Source: Acidobacteriota bacterium
Lineage (GTDB): Bacteria > Acidobacteriota > UBA6911
DNA length: 64,000 bases
Assembly (NCBI GenBank): GCA_012729555.1
Contig: JAAYCX010000012.1
Location: 86,519-150,518, forward strand
Direction: 5' to 3'
Positions 29,838-40,321 of the stretch are shown piece after piece; the stretch's first letter is position 1, and each line of letters starts with the position of its first letter. A program made the position numbers and the translations under genes. Under the pieces are notes generated by a model. The model made no database searches. It was given only the letters and a program-made list of their open reading frames with translations, and was not told where the DNA came from.

Positions 29838-31523
29838 TCAGGATCGGGGTGGCGCGGCCGGGTAGCCCAGAGCGGCCAGCGCGTGCGGGATCGAGAGGTA
29901 TCGATAGGTCTCGCCGTATTTTTCCCCCCACCCGGCGTGCTCGACCAGGTCCCGCACCGGCCCCTTCATCCCGGCGAACGCGAAGCGGATCCCCTGGTGG
30001 GCGTACGCCTCCATGAGTTCCTCCAGTTCGTCGATCGAGACGGCGTCGATGTCGTTGACGCCCGAAAGATCGAGCAGGATCAGTTTCACCCCCGGACGCC
30101 CGGAGAGGTCCCCGGCCAGGCGGTCCTCCAGGAATTTCATGTTGGCGAAAAAGAGGGACGCGTCCGGCCGGAGAATCAGGACCTCGGGGTGGCGCTTCAC
30201 CTCCGGGTAACGGAGGACGTTGCGGAACACCCCCTCGCTCTCGAGGTACCCGAGCTCGGCGGTGTGCGGGTGCGAACTGCGCCAGATGAAAAGCCCCAGG
30301 GAGAAGACCATCCCGATCAGGAGCCCCCGATCGAGCCCCACGCCCAGGGTGCAGGCGAAGGTGATCAGGAGGATCGCCCCGTCCGATTTCTTGATCCGGA
30401 AAAGGCGGATGGCGTCGCGGGCGTCGATGAGGCCGACGACGGCCACGATGATGACGGCGGCAAGGACCGCGTTGGGGAGGTGATAGAACAGCGGAGTCAG
30501 AAAGATGAGGGTGAGCAGGATGAGGGCGGCCGTGACCAGCGACGCCACCTGGGTGCGCGCGCCCGACTGGTGATTGACCGCCGTCCGGGAGAACCCCCCG
30601 GTCACCGGGTAGCCGGAGGAAAACGCGGCCGCCATGTTGGCCGCGCCCAGGCCGATCAGTTCGCGGTTGGGGTCCACCTTGTACCCCGACTTCGCCGCCA
30701 TGTACTTGGCCACCGATATCGATTCCATGAAACTCACGAAGACGATGGCCAAGGCGTCCAGGAAGAGCTCCTGGATCGCCAGCGGGTTGAACGAGGGGAG
30801 CGACAGGGGCGGGAGGCCGCGCGGCACCTCCCCCACGGTCCGGATGCCGAGCTCCCCCCAGGTCCAGGTCAGCAGGGAGCCCGCGATGACGAAGAGGATG
30901 GCCGAGGGGAGCCGTGGATACATCTTCCGGAGCACTACCATCCCGGCGATCGAGGCGAGGCCGAGAACCAGGGTCGGCGCGTGGATGTCCCCCGCCCCGC
31001 GAACGATTTGCTCCAGCAGTTCGAAGACCGAATGCCCCCCGCCCCCTTCCACTCCCATCAAATGCCGGACCTGGCTCAGCGCGATGACCAGGGCGGCGGC
31101 GGCCGTGAATCCCCCGATGACGGCGTGGGAGAAGAAATTGATCAGGAAACCGAACCGGAGCAGGCCGGCCGCGAGCTGGAGGACGCCCACCATCAGGGCC
31201 AGCAGCAGCACCAGGCGCACGTATTCGGGGGAGCCCGGGGGCGCGAGGCGCGAGCAGGCGGACAGGGTGAGGAGCGAGGCCATCGCGACCGGGCCGACGG
31301 CGAGATGGCGCGAACTTCCCAGAAACGCGTAGACGGCGAGCGGGATCACCGAGGCATAGAGCCCGATGACCGGGGGCAGTCCCGCAAGCATGGCGTAGGC
31401 CATCCCCTGCGGCACCAGCATCACCGCGATCGTCAGCCCGGCGGCGGCGTCGGCGGAGAGATCCCCCCGGTCATAGCCCGGCAGCCATCCCCGGCGCCTG
31501 CGGGTGGAACGCGCCATGGTCAC
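29838..31523 (-). CDS. SulP family anion permease with C-terminal STAS domain
   Basis: SulP TM core and STAS domain (ILLDLSGVNDIDAVSIDELEEL); 561 aa. Confidence 0.85.
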   Translation of the reverse strand: MTMARSTRRRRGWLPGYDRGDLSADAAAGLTIAVMLVPQGMAYAMLAGLPPVIGLYASVIPLAVYAFLGSSRHLAVGPVAMASLLTLSACSRLAPPGSPEYVRLVLLLALMVGVLQLAAGLLRFGFLINFFSHAVIGGFTAAAALVIALSQVRHLMGVEGGGGHSVFELLEQIVRGAGDIHAPTLVLGLASIAGMVVLRKMYPRLPSAILFVIAGSLLTWTWGELGIRTVGEVPRGLPPLSLPSFNPLAIQELFLDALAIVFVSFMESISVAKYMAAKSGYKVDPNRELIGLGAANMAAAFSSGYPVTGGFSRTAVNHQSGARTQVASLVTAALILLTLIFLTPLFYHLPNAVLAAVIIVAVVGLIDARDAIRLFRIKKSDGAILLITFACTLGVGLDRGLLIGMVFSLGLFIWRSSHPHTAELGYLESEGVFRNVLRYPEVKRHPEVLILRPDASLFFANMKFLEDRLAGDLSGRPGVKLILLDLSGVNDIDAVSIDELEELMEAYAHQGIRFAFAGMKGPVRDLVEHAGWGEKYGETYRYLSIPHALAALGYPAAPPRS

Positions 31524-32077
31524 ACTCCAGATTTCTCCAGGAAGCAGAGAAGCGCGAAAATCGCTGCGGCCACGACCGCCACCACCACCCAGGCGTTGAG
31601 CTTGAGGATCTCGGGAATCGTCCGGGCGCCGAAATCCCCCCGCTCCAGGACCGGTTTCTGCAGGGCGGGATAGGCTGCGGCGAATATCCCGGCCCCGATC
31701 AGGATGCCGAGAACGCCGCCGAACAGGGCGTCGAGCGACCCCTGCCCCACCGCCCCCGCCGCCGTCCCCGGACAGTAGCCCAGGATGCCGAAGCCGAGTC
31801 CGAAGATCAGCCCGCCCGGGACGATGGCGCCCATGGACCCCGGCTTGGGGTGGAGCCGGGCCAGGCCCAGGCTTCGGAGGGCGTGGACCCCGATCATCCC
31901 GGTCAGGACGGCGCTCAGCATGATCTTGACCACCGTAAAATCCTCGAAGAGCAGCTGCCCGATGATGACGTCGAACCGGGTCGCCCCCCCCCTTTGGAGC
32001 AGGAAGCCGAAACCGATCCCCAGGAGGAAGCCCAAAGTCAGCTGCAGCCCTTTCCTGCCATGTATCGCCTCGAGCAT
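31520..32077 (-). CDS. YeeE/YedE family sulfur-compound transporter, second half
   Basis: 185-aa multi-TM protein with GxxxG-rich helices; RBS AAAGGGGGGG; ORF-track N-terminal extension rejected. Confidence 0.6.
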   Translation of the reverse strand: MLEAIHGRKGLQLTLGFLLGIGFGFLLQRGGATRFDVIIGQLLFEDFTVVKIMLSAVLTGMIGVHALRSLGLARLHPKPGSMGAIVPGGLIFGLGFGILGYCPGTAAGAVGQGSLDALFGGVLGILIGAGIFAAAYPALQKPVLERGDFGARTIPEILKLNAWVVVAVVAAAIFALLCFLEKSGV

Positions 32078-32088
32078 GCGCCCCCCTT

Positions 32089-32616
32089 TCAGAGCAGAAC
32101 CCGGTAGATCAGCATCGCGGTGGCGATGCCGCCGGCGAAGAAGCAGACGACGGCGAGCCAGCTGCTCGCCGCCAGCTGCAGCGTCCCGCTGATGCCGTGC
32201 CCGCTCGTGCACCCCCCGGCCCAGCGGGCGCCGATTCCCATCAGAACCCCGCCCGCCAAGGCGACGCCCCAGCGGAGGAGGCCGCTGTCTCCCGCCGCCT
32301 CGCGCCACAGCGGCGGGACCCAGGCCAGTCCGAACCCCCCCGAAAGGAGGGAGGAGAGCAGCGCCCCCAGGACGATGCCCACGACGAGCATCCACTCCCA
32401 GTCGATCACCGGGGCGAACTGCCGGTAATAGGGCTTCTCGACGACCCCTTTTCCCCTGAAGGCCTTTTCGATCATCCCGCTGCTGCGCGCGAACGCGGTC
32501 GAACAGCCGATGGGCTTGTCCGAGAGCAGGAAAGCGAGCCAGCTCAAAACGCCGATGCCGGCCCCGACGGCGTAGGGCGACCAGCGTTCCATCGTCAGCC
32601 AATGCAGCCAATCCAT
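32089..32616 (-). CDS. YeeE/YedE family sulfur-compound transporter, first half
   Basis: Conserved GCTSGHG motif, ~5 TM. Confidence 0.65.
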   Translation of the reverse strand: MDWLHWLTMERWSPYAVGAGIGVLSWLAFLLSDKPIGCSTAFARSSGMIEKAFRGKGVVEKPYYRQFAPVIDWEWMLVVGIVLGALLSSLLSGGFGLAWVPPLWREAAGDSGLLRWGVALAGGVLMGIGARWAGGCTSGHGISGTLQLAASSWLAVVCFFAGGIATAMLIYRVLL

Positions 32617-32673
32617 GGCAACCTCCCGAACCCGATAACGGTTTTCGTCTCCCCCCTCCCCGAGGCGATGTTC

Positions 32674-34086
32674 CTACGAGGTCCTCGGGACGTGCGGCGC
32701 CACGCACATGGGACATTCGGGGCTGAACCCCGCGGCGCTGTATCCCGTCATGCCGCCGGCGACGTTGCACACGTTCGCAAAACCCGCCTGCTTGAGCAGG
32801 GAGGCCGAAAGGCTGGAGCGGTGCCCCGTGCTGCAGATCACGGCCACCGGCCGGCTCTTCTTCAGGGAACCGTGCCGGGTACGCAGGTCGGGAGCGGGAA
32901 TATTGACGGCGCCCTCGATATGAACGGCTTCGTACTCGCCGGCGGCCCGCACATCGACCAGCGTGAGTTCCGACCGCCCTTTCATGAGCTGGTTCAATTC
33001 CCGGACCGAAACCTGCGGCACGTGCCCGGTCGGGAGCCCTTGGCGCGACCACTCGAACATGCCGCCGTCGAGATACCCCACGACGCGGTCCAGGCCGACG
33101 CGCCGGAGCAGGACGCCGGCCTCGTAGGCCTCCTCGCCCGATCCGGCCACGAGCAGGATGTCGTGGTCGGGCGGGAGGACCCAGCCGGCGAAGGTGGAGA
33201 AATTCCCGCTGATGTCGATGTTGTACGCGCCGGGGACATGCTGCCCGCCGAAGGCGTCGTAGCTCCGGATGTCGAGCACGATCGTGTTCTTCTTTCCCGC
33301 GGCCTTGCTGAACCGCGCGGGGTCCATCAGGAGAATGCCGGGGAGGGTGTGGACCCTGGCGGGCCCCTTGCCGTTGATGGCGCTGCAGCGGCTGAAATGG
33401 TCCGGGGCTGCCGGCATGTCGGTGGTCAGCGAGCGGATGAACTGCTCGCGGTCCGGGATCTGCAGCGCCGGGTTGCAGCGCCGCTCGTACCCGATCGTCG
33501 TCCAGCGTTTCGCCCCCATGGCGCGCCCGCAAAGGCTGCCGGCGCCGTGGGCGGGATAGACGTCGCAGAAATCGGGAAGCGCCATGAGCTTGCCGTGGAG
33601 GCTGTCGTAGAGCTTATGGGCCAGATCGCGCGCCTTGCCGGGGAAGAGGTCGGGCCGGCCGACGTCGCCGACGAACAGGGTGTCCCCGCAGAAAACGGCC
33701 GCCGGCTCCTTTCCGCGGCTGCGGTCGGTGACGACATAGCTGATATGCTCCGGGGTATGGCCCGGGGTCTCCAGCACCCGGATGCTCATGTTTTCGATCC
33801 GGAAACTGTCCCCTTCCGCGACCGCGCGGTGCCTGAAGCGGCATTTGGCCGATTTGGGGGCGTAGATCACCGCCCCGGTGGCGTCCGCCAGGTCCAGGTG
33901 CCCGGAAATGAAATCGGCATGCAGATGGGTTTCCAGGATATGGGTGATCTTCATCCCCATCTCCTCCGCGGCGTGCAGGTACACTTCGATGTCGCGCTGC
34001 GGGTCCACGATGGCACAGGTGTCCGTCCCGCCGAGGAGGTAGGAACTGTGCGCAAGGCCTTTCACGAAAAACTGTTCTACATACAT
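32674..34086 (-). CDS. Persulfide dioxygenase (MBL fold) fused to tandem rhodanese domains (CstB-like)
   Basis: MBL metal motif THLHADFISGH, two rhodanese domains with C-terminal catalytic CSTGHRS. Confidence 0.8.
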   Translation of the reverse strand: MYVEQFFVKGLAHSSYLLGGTDTCAIVDPQRDIEVYLHAAEEMGMKITHILETHLHADFISGHLDLADATGAVIYAPKSAKCRFRHRAVAEGDSFRIENMSIRVLETPGHTPEHISYVVTDRSRGKEPAAVFCGDTLFVGDVGRPDLFPGKARDLAHKLYDSLHGKLMALPDFCDVYPAHGAGSLCGRAMGAKRWTTIGYERRCNPALQIPDREQFIRSLTTDMPAAPDHFSRCSAINGKGPARVHTLPGILLMDPARFSKAAGKKNTIVLDIRSYDAFGGQHVPGAYNIDISGNFSTFAGWVLPPDHDILLVAGSGEEAYEAGVLLRRVGLDRVVGYLDGGMFEWSRQGLPTGHVPQVSVRELNQLMKGRSELTLVDVRAAGEYEAVHIEGAVNIPAPDLRTRHGSLKKSRPVAVICSTGHRSSLSASLLKQAGFANVCNVAGGMTGYSAAGFSPECPMCVAPHVPRTS

Positions 34087-34285
34087 ATCTCATCTCCTGT
34101 CTGAGGTGCGTGGGAAAGATGCCGATCGATCATCTCGTTCTTTTACCCTAAATCCGAGCCCCCTGTCATCGCAAATCGGCGCCGGCGGCCCGGCCGCGGG
34201 GGGGTTGACACGTCCCGCGGGCCGATGGACAATGCCATCGGCCCCCGCTTCGGGGAGCGCGCACAGGACAAGGAGAGCATCCCCC

Positions 34286-35290
34286 ATGAGCCGATTCACA
34301 TTGACCCTGTTGGCCCTGTTTCTCACGGCGGCGCCCGCCCCGGCCCAGACGGAAGCGCGGGACGGCGGCCTCGTCGTGCTCCGGGTGGCGGGCGAACCGA
34401 TTACGGAAGGCCGGCTGCTGGAGGTCATCGACGACCTGGCGCGGCAGCAGGAGATGACGCTCGAACAGCTCCGGCAGCGCAACTCGCTCCTGTTCGACGA
34501 CGCGATCGACAGCATCGTCACCGTCACCCTTTTGAAGGAACAGGCCGGCAGGGGGAAGGTAACGGTGGACCCGTCGAAGGTGGACGCGGCCATGGGGGAA
34601 CTGCAGAAGCGCTACACGTCCCCCGAGGCTTTCGCCGCCGCCCTCGAGCAGCAGGGGATCACGGATGCGGCGCTGAGGTCGAACATCGAACAGAGCCTGG
34701 CGGTGCAGCAGGTGCTCGAAGGCGTCATCCGCGGCGTGCCCGAGGCGACCGGGGCCGAGGTGGAAACCTTCTACGCCGACAATCCCGACAAGTTCTCCCT
34801 GCCGGAACGGGTGCACGCGGCCCATATCCTGTTGCGGGCAGGGGCCGGGGATACGCCGGAGCGGAAGCTCGCGATCCGGAAGAAGCTCGAAGCGCTCCGT
34901 GCGGAAATCGAATCGGGCGCCGTCGCCTTCGCCGACGCGGCGGCGAAACACTCCGAGGACACGGTCACGGCCTCCCGGGGGGGGGACCTGGGGGTCTTCA
35001 TCCGGGGCCAGATGCCGAAGCCGTTCGAAGACGCCGCCTTTGCCGCCCGTCCCGGGGCCCTCTCCCCGGTCGTGGAAACCCAGATCGGCTATCACCTCAT
35101 CCGGACGATCGAGCTGAGGCCCGCGGGACAGGCGTCGCTGGAAGAAGCCCGTCCGGCCATTAAAAAGCACCTGGACCAGCTCTCGCAACAGGAGGCCACG
35201 AAGGCGTTCCTCGACGGGCTGAAGGCCGGGGCCAGGATCGAGTCCTTCATGACCCGCGAGGAATTCGCCCGGCGGCACCCCGTGGAGTAG
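34286..35290 (+). CDS. Periplasmic parvulin-type peptidyl-prolyl isomerase (SurA/PrsA-like)
   Basis: Signal peptide; parvulin PPIase core HILLRAG...GGDLGVF...GYHLIRT. Confidence 0.7.
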   Translation: MSRFTLTLLALFLTAAPAPAQTEARDGGLVVLRVAGEPITEGRLLEVIDDLARQQEMTLEQLRQRNSLLFDDAIDSIVTVTLLKEQAGRGKVTVDPSKVDAAMGELQKRYTSPEAFAAALEQQGITDAALRSNIEQSLAVQQVLEGVIRGVPEATGAEVETFYADNPDKFSLPERVHAAHILLRAGAGDTPERKLAIRKKLEALRAEIESGAVAFADAAAKHSEDTVTASRGGDLGVFIRGQMPKPFEDAAFAARPGALSPVVETQIGYHLIRTIELRPAGQASLEEARPAIKKHLDQLSQQEATKAFLDGLKAGARIESFMTREEFARRHPVE

Positions 35291-35308
35291 GGGCCGCCCG
35301 GCCGGGGA

Positions 35309-37153
35309 TCAATCCCCGTCCTCTCCCGGGAGGACGCGCACCGCCCCCTGGTCGGCCGAGGCCGCAAACAGGGCGTAGGCCCGCAGCGCCTCGGACACCT
35401 TCCGGTCGCGCCTCGGCTTGAAAGCCGCCTTCCCCCTGGCCAGCTCCTCCCTCCTGCGCGCCTCGAGTTCCCCTTCGCCGACCCGGACTTCGATGGTCCT
35501 GGCGGGGATGTCGACGGCGATCGTGTCCCCGTCCCTCACCAGGGCGATCGCCCCTCCGGAGGCGGCTTCGGGCGACACGTGCCCGATGCTGAGCCCGGAG
35601 GTCCCCCCGGAAAACCTGCCGTCGGTGATGAGGGCGCATTCCGTCCCCAGGTGCCGTGACTTGATATAGGAGGTGGGGTAGAGCATCTCCTGCATGCCGG
35701 GGCCGCCGCGGGGCCCCTCGTAGCGGATGACCACCACGTTGCCCGCCTGTACCTCCCCGCCCAGGATCCCTTCGCACGCCGCTTCCTGCGAATCGTACAC
35801 GCGGGCGGTGCCCGTGAAGCGGTAGATCGACGGGTCCACCCCCGCGGTCTTGACGATGCAGCCGCTGGGTGCCAGGTTGCCGGTGAGCACCGCGAGCCCG
35901 CCGTCCCTGGAATAGGAGTGTTCCGTGTCCCGGATGCACCCGTTTTCCCGGTCCAGGTCGAGCTCCGGGTAGGCGTTGTCCTGTGAGGCCAGCACCAGGT
36001 TGCGCCCCCGGGCGCCCGGCGCGCTCAGGTAGAGAGTGCGGGCCTCGTCGCCCGCCGTGGGCCGCGCGATGTCGTACCGGTCGAGGACGGCCCCGAGGCT
36101 CGGGGCGTCGACCCGGCCGACGGCCGGGTCGACGAGGCCCGCCCGGTCGAGTTCGCCCAGGATGGCCATGATCCCTCCCGCGCGGCTGACATCCTCGAGG
36201 TGGTAGGAGGAACTGGGCGCCACCTTGCACAGGACCGGGATCCGGCGCGAAAGCGCATCGATGTCGGCGAGGGTGAAATCGACCTCCGCGGCCCGGGCGA
36301 CGGCCAGGAGGTGGAGCACGGTGTTGGTCGACCCCCCCATGGCGATATCCAGGGCCATCGCGTTCAAAAACGCCTGCCGAGTCGCGATCGAACGCGGGAG
36401 GACCGAGGTATCCCCGTCCCCGTAGTAGGCCTCGGCCATCTCGACGATGCGCCGGGCTCCCTGCTCGAACAGCCCCATCCGGTTTCGGTGGGTGGCCACC
36501 AGGGTGCCGTTGCCCGGAAGCGCCAGGCCGAGCGCCTCGGTGAGGCAGTTCATGGAATTGGCCGTGAACATGCCCGAACAGGACCCGCAGGTGGGACAGG
36601 CGACGGTTTCCAGCTCGGCCACCTCCCGGTCGGGAACGGCCGGGTCGGCCGCCATCACCATGGCGTCGATCAGGTCGTAGCGCCGGTCCCCCATCACCCC
36701 CGCCTCCATGGGGCCGCCGGAGACGAAGATGGCGGGGATGTTGAGCCGCATCGCCGCCATCAGCATGCCGGGGGTGATCTTGTCGCAATTCGTGATGCAG
36801 ATCATGGCGTCGGCCGTGTGGGCGTTCACCATGTATTCGACGCTGTCGGCGATCAGTTCCCTCGAGGGGAGGGAGTAGAGCATGCCCCCGTGCCCCATGG
36901 CGATCCCGTCATCGATGGCGATGGTGTTGAATTCGGCGGCAAAGCACCCCTGGGCCTCGATGATGCCCTTGACCCGCTGCCCGATTTCGTGGAGGTGGAC
37001 ATGGCCGGGGACGAACTGGGTGAAGGAGTTGACGACGGCGATGACGGGCCTGCCGATCTGCTCCTCGCGCATGCCGTTGGCGCGCCAGAGGCTGCGGGCT
37101 CCCGCCATTCTTCTCCCCTCCGTGGACGTCGCGCTTCTGAGTCTGATTGCCAT
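35309..37153 (-). CDS. ilvD: Dihydroxy-acid dehydratase
   Basis: N-terminus [30 protein letters not shown]-type cluster region [11 protein letters not shown], 614 aa. Confidence 0.9.
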   Translation of the reverse strand: MAIRLRSATSTEGRRMAGARSLWRANGMREEQIGRPVIAVVNSFTQFVPGHVHLHEIGQRVKGIIEAQGCFAAEFNTIAIDDGIAMGHGGMLYSLPSRELIADSVEYMVNAHTADAMICITNCDKITPGMLMAAMRLNIPAIFVSGGPMEAGVMGDRRYDLIDAMVMAADPAVPDREVAELETVACPTCGSCSGMFTANSMNCLTEALGLALPGNGTLVATHRNRMGLFEQGARRIVEMAEAYYGDGDTSVLPRSIATRQAFLNAMALDIAMGGSTNTVLHLLAVARAAEVDFTLADIDALSRRIPVLCKVAPSSSYHLEDVSRAGGIMAILGELDRAGLVDPAVGRVDAPSLGAVLDRYDIARPTAGDEARTLYLSAPGARGRNLVLASQDNAYPELDLDRENGCIRDTEHSYSRDGGLAVLTGNLAPSGCIVKTAGVDPSIYRFTGTARVYDSQEAACEGILGGEVQAGNVVVIRYEGPRGGPGMQEMLYPTSYIKSRHLGTECALITDGRFSGGTSGLSIGHVSPEAASGGAIALVRDGDTIAVDIPARTIEVRVGEGELEARRREELARGKAAFKPRRDRKVSEALRAYALFAASADQGAVRVLPGEDGD

Positions 37154-37187
37154 GATGGTCCTTTCTCCCCGGCGGCCGGCCGGGCGG

Positions 37188-37373
37188 TTACGGTTCCCCG
37201 TCGCCCGCGTGCGCCAGGGTCTTGACGATGAAGAGGGCGAAGACCGCCAGCAGCATCCCAAGGAGGAACCGGTCGTCCCCGGTCCTCACGGGCAAAAACG
37301 CGTACAGGGCGATCCCGATCAGCACGGCGTAGCACGCCAGGGCCGCGATCACCCGGCGGCGGGATCCCCTCAT
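37188..37373 (-). CDS. Possible small 2-TM membrane protein
   Basis: 61-71 aa ORF with two hydrophobic helices between ilvD and Fe-S oxidoreductase genes. Confidence 0.25.
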   Translation of the reverse strand: MRGSRRRVIAALACYAVLIGIALYAFLPVRTGDDRFLLGMLLAVFALFIVKTLAHAGDGEP

Positions 37374-37389
37374 CCGCCGCGACGGCCGG

Positions 37390-39423
37390 TCACTTTCGGG
37401 CATCGTCCAGGCTTTCCGCGGTCAGCGACGCGATATCGATGACACGCATGCTCTCGTCGACATTGAGCAGCTTCAGCGAATCCCCGAGCATGTGCATGCA
37501 GTAGGCGCAGCCGGTCACGATCGTATCCGCACCCGCTTCATGCGCCTGCCGGACGCGCAGGTTGTTGATCCGCTCCCCCCGCTTCAGGTCCATGAAATAA
37601 TGCCCTCCCCCCGCGCCGCAGCAGAGGCTCTTTTCGCGCCTGTTTTTCATTTCGGCGAGCTCCGCGCCCGGGATCGCCCGGAGCACCGAGCGGGGGGCGT
37701 CGTAGATCCCCTGGTAGCGGCCGAGGTAACAGGGGTCATGGTACACCATCCGCCCCCTCCCGCTCCCCGGCCGGATCCTGCCGGACGCCATCAGCCTCTC
37801 GATGTACTCGGTGTGGTGAACGACATTGTACGAGGCCCCGAACTGGGGGTATTCGTTCTTGAAAACGTTATAGCAATGGGGACACCCGGTCAGGAGCGTG
37901 TGGAACCCGCGCTGTCCGAGCAGCTCGATCTGTTCCCGGGCCGCCTGCTGAAACACCATCTCCTGCCCCAGGATACGGGCGGGGTCGCCGCAGCACCTCT
38001 CGTCCGCGCCGAGAACGCCGTAATCCACGCCGCAGCGCTCTAGCAGGCGGCAAAGGTCCTCGGCGATCCTGTGCTTCTGGGGATCGAACGTCACGCAGCA
38101 GCCGATCCAGTACAGGACATCGACCGACTCCCCCGGCTTGACCACGCGCAGCCCGGCCCGTTCGATCCAGTCGGTCCGTTCCGACTGCGGGCCGAAGGGG
38201 TTGCCTCCGGTCTCGAACAGGCGCAGGGCGCGGCCCGCTTCCTCAGGAATGCGCCCCTGGATCAGCACCTCGTTGCGCCGCAGCTCCATCAGGGTATCCA
38301 CGTGCTCGATCATGGCGGGGCAGACCTCCACGCAGGCGGCGCAGGTCCGGCAGTGCCAGATGAACTCCTCGTCGAACGCCCTGCCCACGATATCGGCCTT
38401 CTCCCCCTCCTCCGCGCCCGCCGCCTCGTCGAGCTGGGCCTTCATGCGCGCGATCAGCTGCCGCGGGGAAAAATAGTCCCGGTCCGCCATGTAGGCGGGG
38501 CAGACCTCGTCGCAGCGTCCGCACAGGATGCAGGCGTCCAGGTCCAGGCGCTGCTTCCAGCTGAACTCCTCCGGTTTCTGGATCCCGATCCGGATCTCCT
38601 CGCTTTCGGCGCTCTCCATCAGCTTCTCGATGTCCTGGCGCCGGAGCTCCCCCCGCGGCCCGAGCTTGGAGAGGAAGGCGTTGGTCGGCAGCGCCAGCAT
38701 GTGAAAGAACTTGGTGTAGGGAATGAGGGCGATCCAGCCCATGACCAGGACGGTGTGGAGCCACCATAGCGCCGCATGCGCCCCCCGGGCGGTTTCCCCG
38801 GCCATCCCCGCAAAAATCGGGCTGAGGCCCCACCCCACGAACGAGAGCTCCTTCCAGGGATCCCCGTTGGCCCCGATCCTCGCCCCCTCGACCAGGTAGC
38901 CGGTCACGACCAGGGCGGCGACCAGGAGGAGCACCAACCCGTCTTCACGGGCGACGGGGAGCGTCCCCGGCCTGGCGACATACCGGCGCCAGGCGGCCAT
39001 GCCCAGGCCGGCCAGGATCAAGAGCCCGGCCAGCTCGCTCGCCACGGAAAAGAAGACGTAGACCCCCCCCTTGAAGATCTCGAGATCCAGGCCGAACAGG
39101 AGGTTCCCATCATACTGGACCATGACGATCAGGGTGGTGATGAAAAGAACGAGGAAGGAGTAGAAGAGCAGGCCGTGCAGGAGTCCCGGGTAGAAATTCC
39201 GGCGCACCCGGTTCTGGAGCAGCGTCTCGCCCAGGAGGATCTTCAGGCGCTTTCCCCAGTCGGAAAATCTCTCGCCGTCCTCCTTCCCCCGGCGCCAGGA
39301 CCGCACGCGCCGGCACATTCCCCAGGCAAAGACGGCGACGGCAGCGGCAAACAGCACATACATCACCCAGGCCTGGGAGACATTCCACATCAGGGGGCGG
39401 GTAGCTTCGGAAAGGGGGGGCAT
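37390..39423 (-). CDS. Membrane-bound Fe-S oxidoreductase: NarI/HdrE-like cytochrome b fused to HdrD-like 2x[4Fe-4S] plus CCG domains
   Basis: N-terminal ~6 TM with conserved His; ferredoxin motifs CILCGRCDEVCP and CRTCAACVEVCP; CCG motifs (CCVTFD, CCGDP, CPHC, CCGAGGG, CAYC). Confidence 0.75.
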   Translation of the reverse strand: MPPLSEATRPLMWNVSQAWVMYVLFAAAVAVFAWGMCRRVRSWRRGKEDGERFSDWGKRLKILLGETLLQNRVRRNFYPGLLHGLLFYSFLVLFITTLIVMVQYDGNLLFGLDLEIFKGGVYVFFSVASELAGLLILAGLGMAAWRRYVARPGTLPVAREDGLVLLLVAALVVTGYLVEGARIGANGDPWKELSFVGWGLSPIFAGMAGETARGAHAALWWLHTVLVMGWIALIPYTKFFHMLALPTNAFLSKLGPRGELRRQDIEKLMESAESEEIRIGIQKPEEFSWKQRLDLDACILCGRCDEVCPAYMADRDYFSPRQLIARMKAQLDEAAGAEEGEKADIVGRAFDEEFIWHCRTCAACVEVCPAMIEHVDTLMELRRNEVLIQGRIPEEAGRALRLFETGGNPFGPQSERTDWIERAGLRVVKPGESVDVLYWIGCCVTFDPQKHRIAEDLCRLLERCGVDYGVLGADERCCGDPARILGQEMVFQQAAREQIELLGQRGFHTLLTGCPHCYNVFKNEYPQFGASYNVVHHTEYIERLMASGRIRPGSGRGRMVYHDPCYLGRYQGIYDAPRSVLRAIPGAELAEMKNRREKSLCCGAGGGHYFMDLKRGERINNLRVRQAHEAGADTIVTGCAYCMHMLGDSLKLLNVDESMRVIDIASLTAESLDDARK

Positions 39424-39695
39424 ACTTCAAACCTCTCTTTCTTTTCTGTTCTTTGTCCCGAGGGTCATGGCACCGTGAGCATGGGTCGAACGCACTTCCA
39501 TCCCGTTACAAAATGATCCATTTTACCCTAATCCACGGCCTTCAGGAAGACCGCTTCCGGTAAATCAGGGGAGTATACCCACCCGGAGCCCGTCCGAAAA
39601 GGAGGAATCGGCGGTGGAATCCCCCGGGCATTTCTGGTTAACTCAGTCCGGGGCCGTCGCCCCGCGGATATTGTCACCCGAGAGGAGCCCATACC

Positions 39696-40271
39696 ATGAA
39701 GGTCGTCGCGGTCAACGGCAGCGGGAAGAAGGACGGGAATACCTTCCTCCTGCTGAACATCGTCATGCAGGAGCTTCGGGCCGAGGGGATCGAAACGGAC
39801 CTGATCCAGCTCGCCGAGGGCGCCCCCATTCAGGGGTGCACCGCCTGCATGAAATGCCTGGAGAGGAAGAACCTGAAGTGCGCGGTCGACTCCGACCCGT
39901 TCAACGAGTACTTCGAGAAGATCGGCAGGGCGGACGGGCTGCTGCTCGGCTCGCCCGTCTATTTCGCCGACATCACCGCCGGGATGAAAGCCCTCATCGA
40001 GCGCTGCGGCTTCGTGGCGCGGGCCAACGGCAACGTCCTGAGGCGCAAGGTGGGGGCGGGGGTCCTGGCCGTCCGCCGTGCGGGGTCGAACCACTCCCTG
40101 GCCAGCCTGAACCATCTCTTTCTCATCAACGAGATGATCATTCCCGGCTCGAACTACTGGAACGCGGGGGTCGGACGGATGCCGGGCGAAGTCCTGGCCG
40201 ACGCCGAGGGGGTGGCCACGATGAAGACGCTGGGGGTCAACATGGCCTGGCTCCTCAAGCGCCTGGCCTGA
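39696..40271 (+). CDS. Iron-sulfur flavoprotein / NAD(P)H-dependent FMN reductase (Isf-like)
   Basis: Flavodoxin-like fold MKVVAVNGSGKKDGNT; compact Cys motif CTACMKC...C typical of Isf. Confidence 0.7.
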   Translation: MKVVAVNGSGKKDGNTFLLLNIVMQELRAEGIETDLIQLAEGAPIQGCTACMKCLERKNLKCAVDSDPFNEYFEKIGRADGLLLGSPVYFADITAGMKALIERCGFVARANGNVLRRKVGAGVLAVRRAGSNHSLASLNHLFLINEMIIPGSNYWNAGVGRMPGEVLADAEGVATMKTLGVNMAWLLKRLA

Positions 40272-40321
40272 ACCCCGTGCTTCGGCGGCCGGCGGGTTTC
40301 CGCCGGCCGCCGCCGGTTCCC

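Noticed and set aside
31520-33532. 670-aa ORF in the track
   Set aside because: Only the C-terminal 185 aa (YeeE/YedE half, start 32077 with RBS) are plausible. The upstream part is an out-of-frame read through the neighbouring YeeE and PDO genes.
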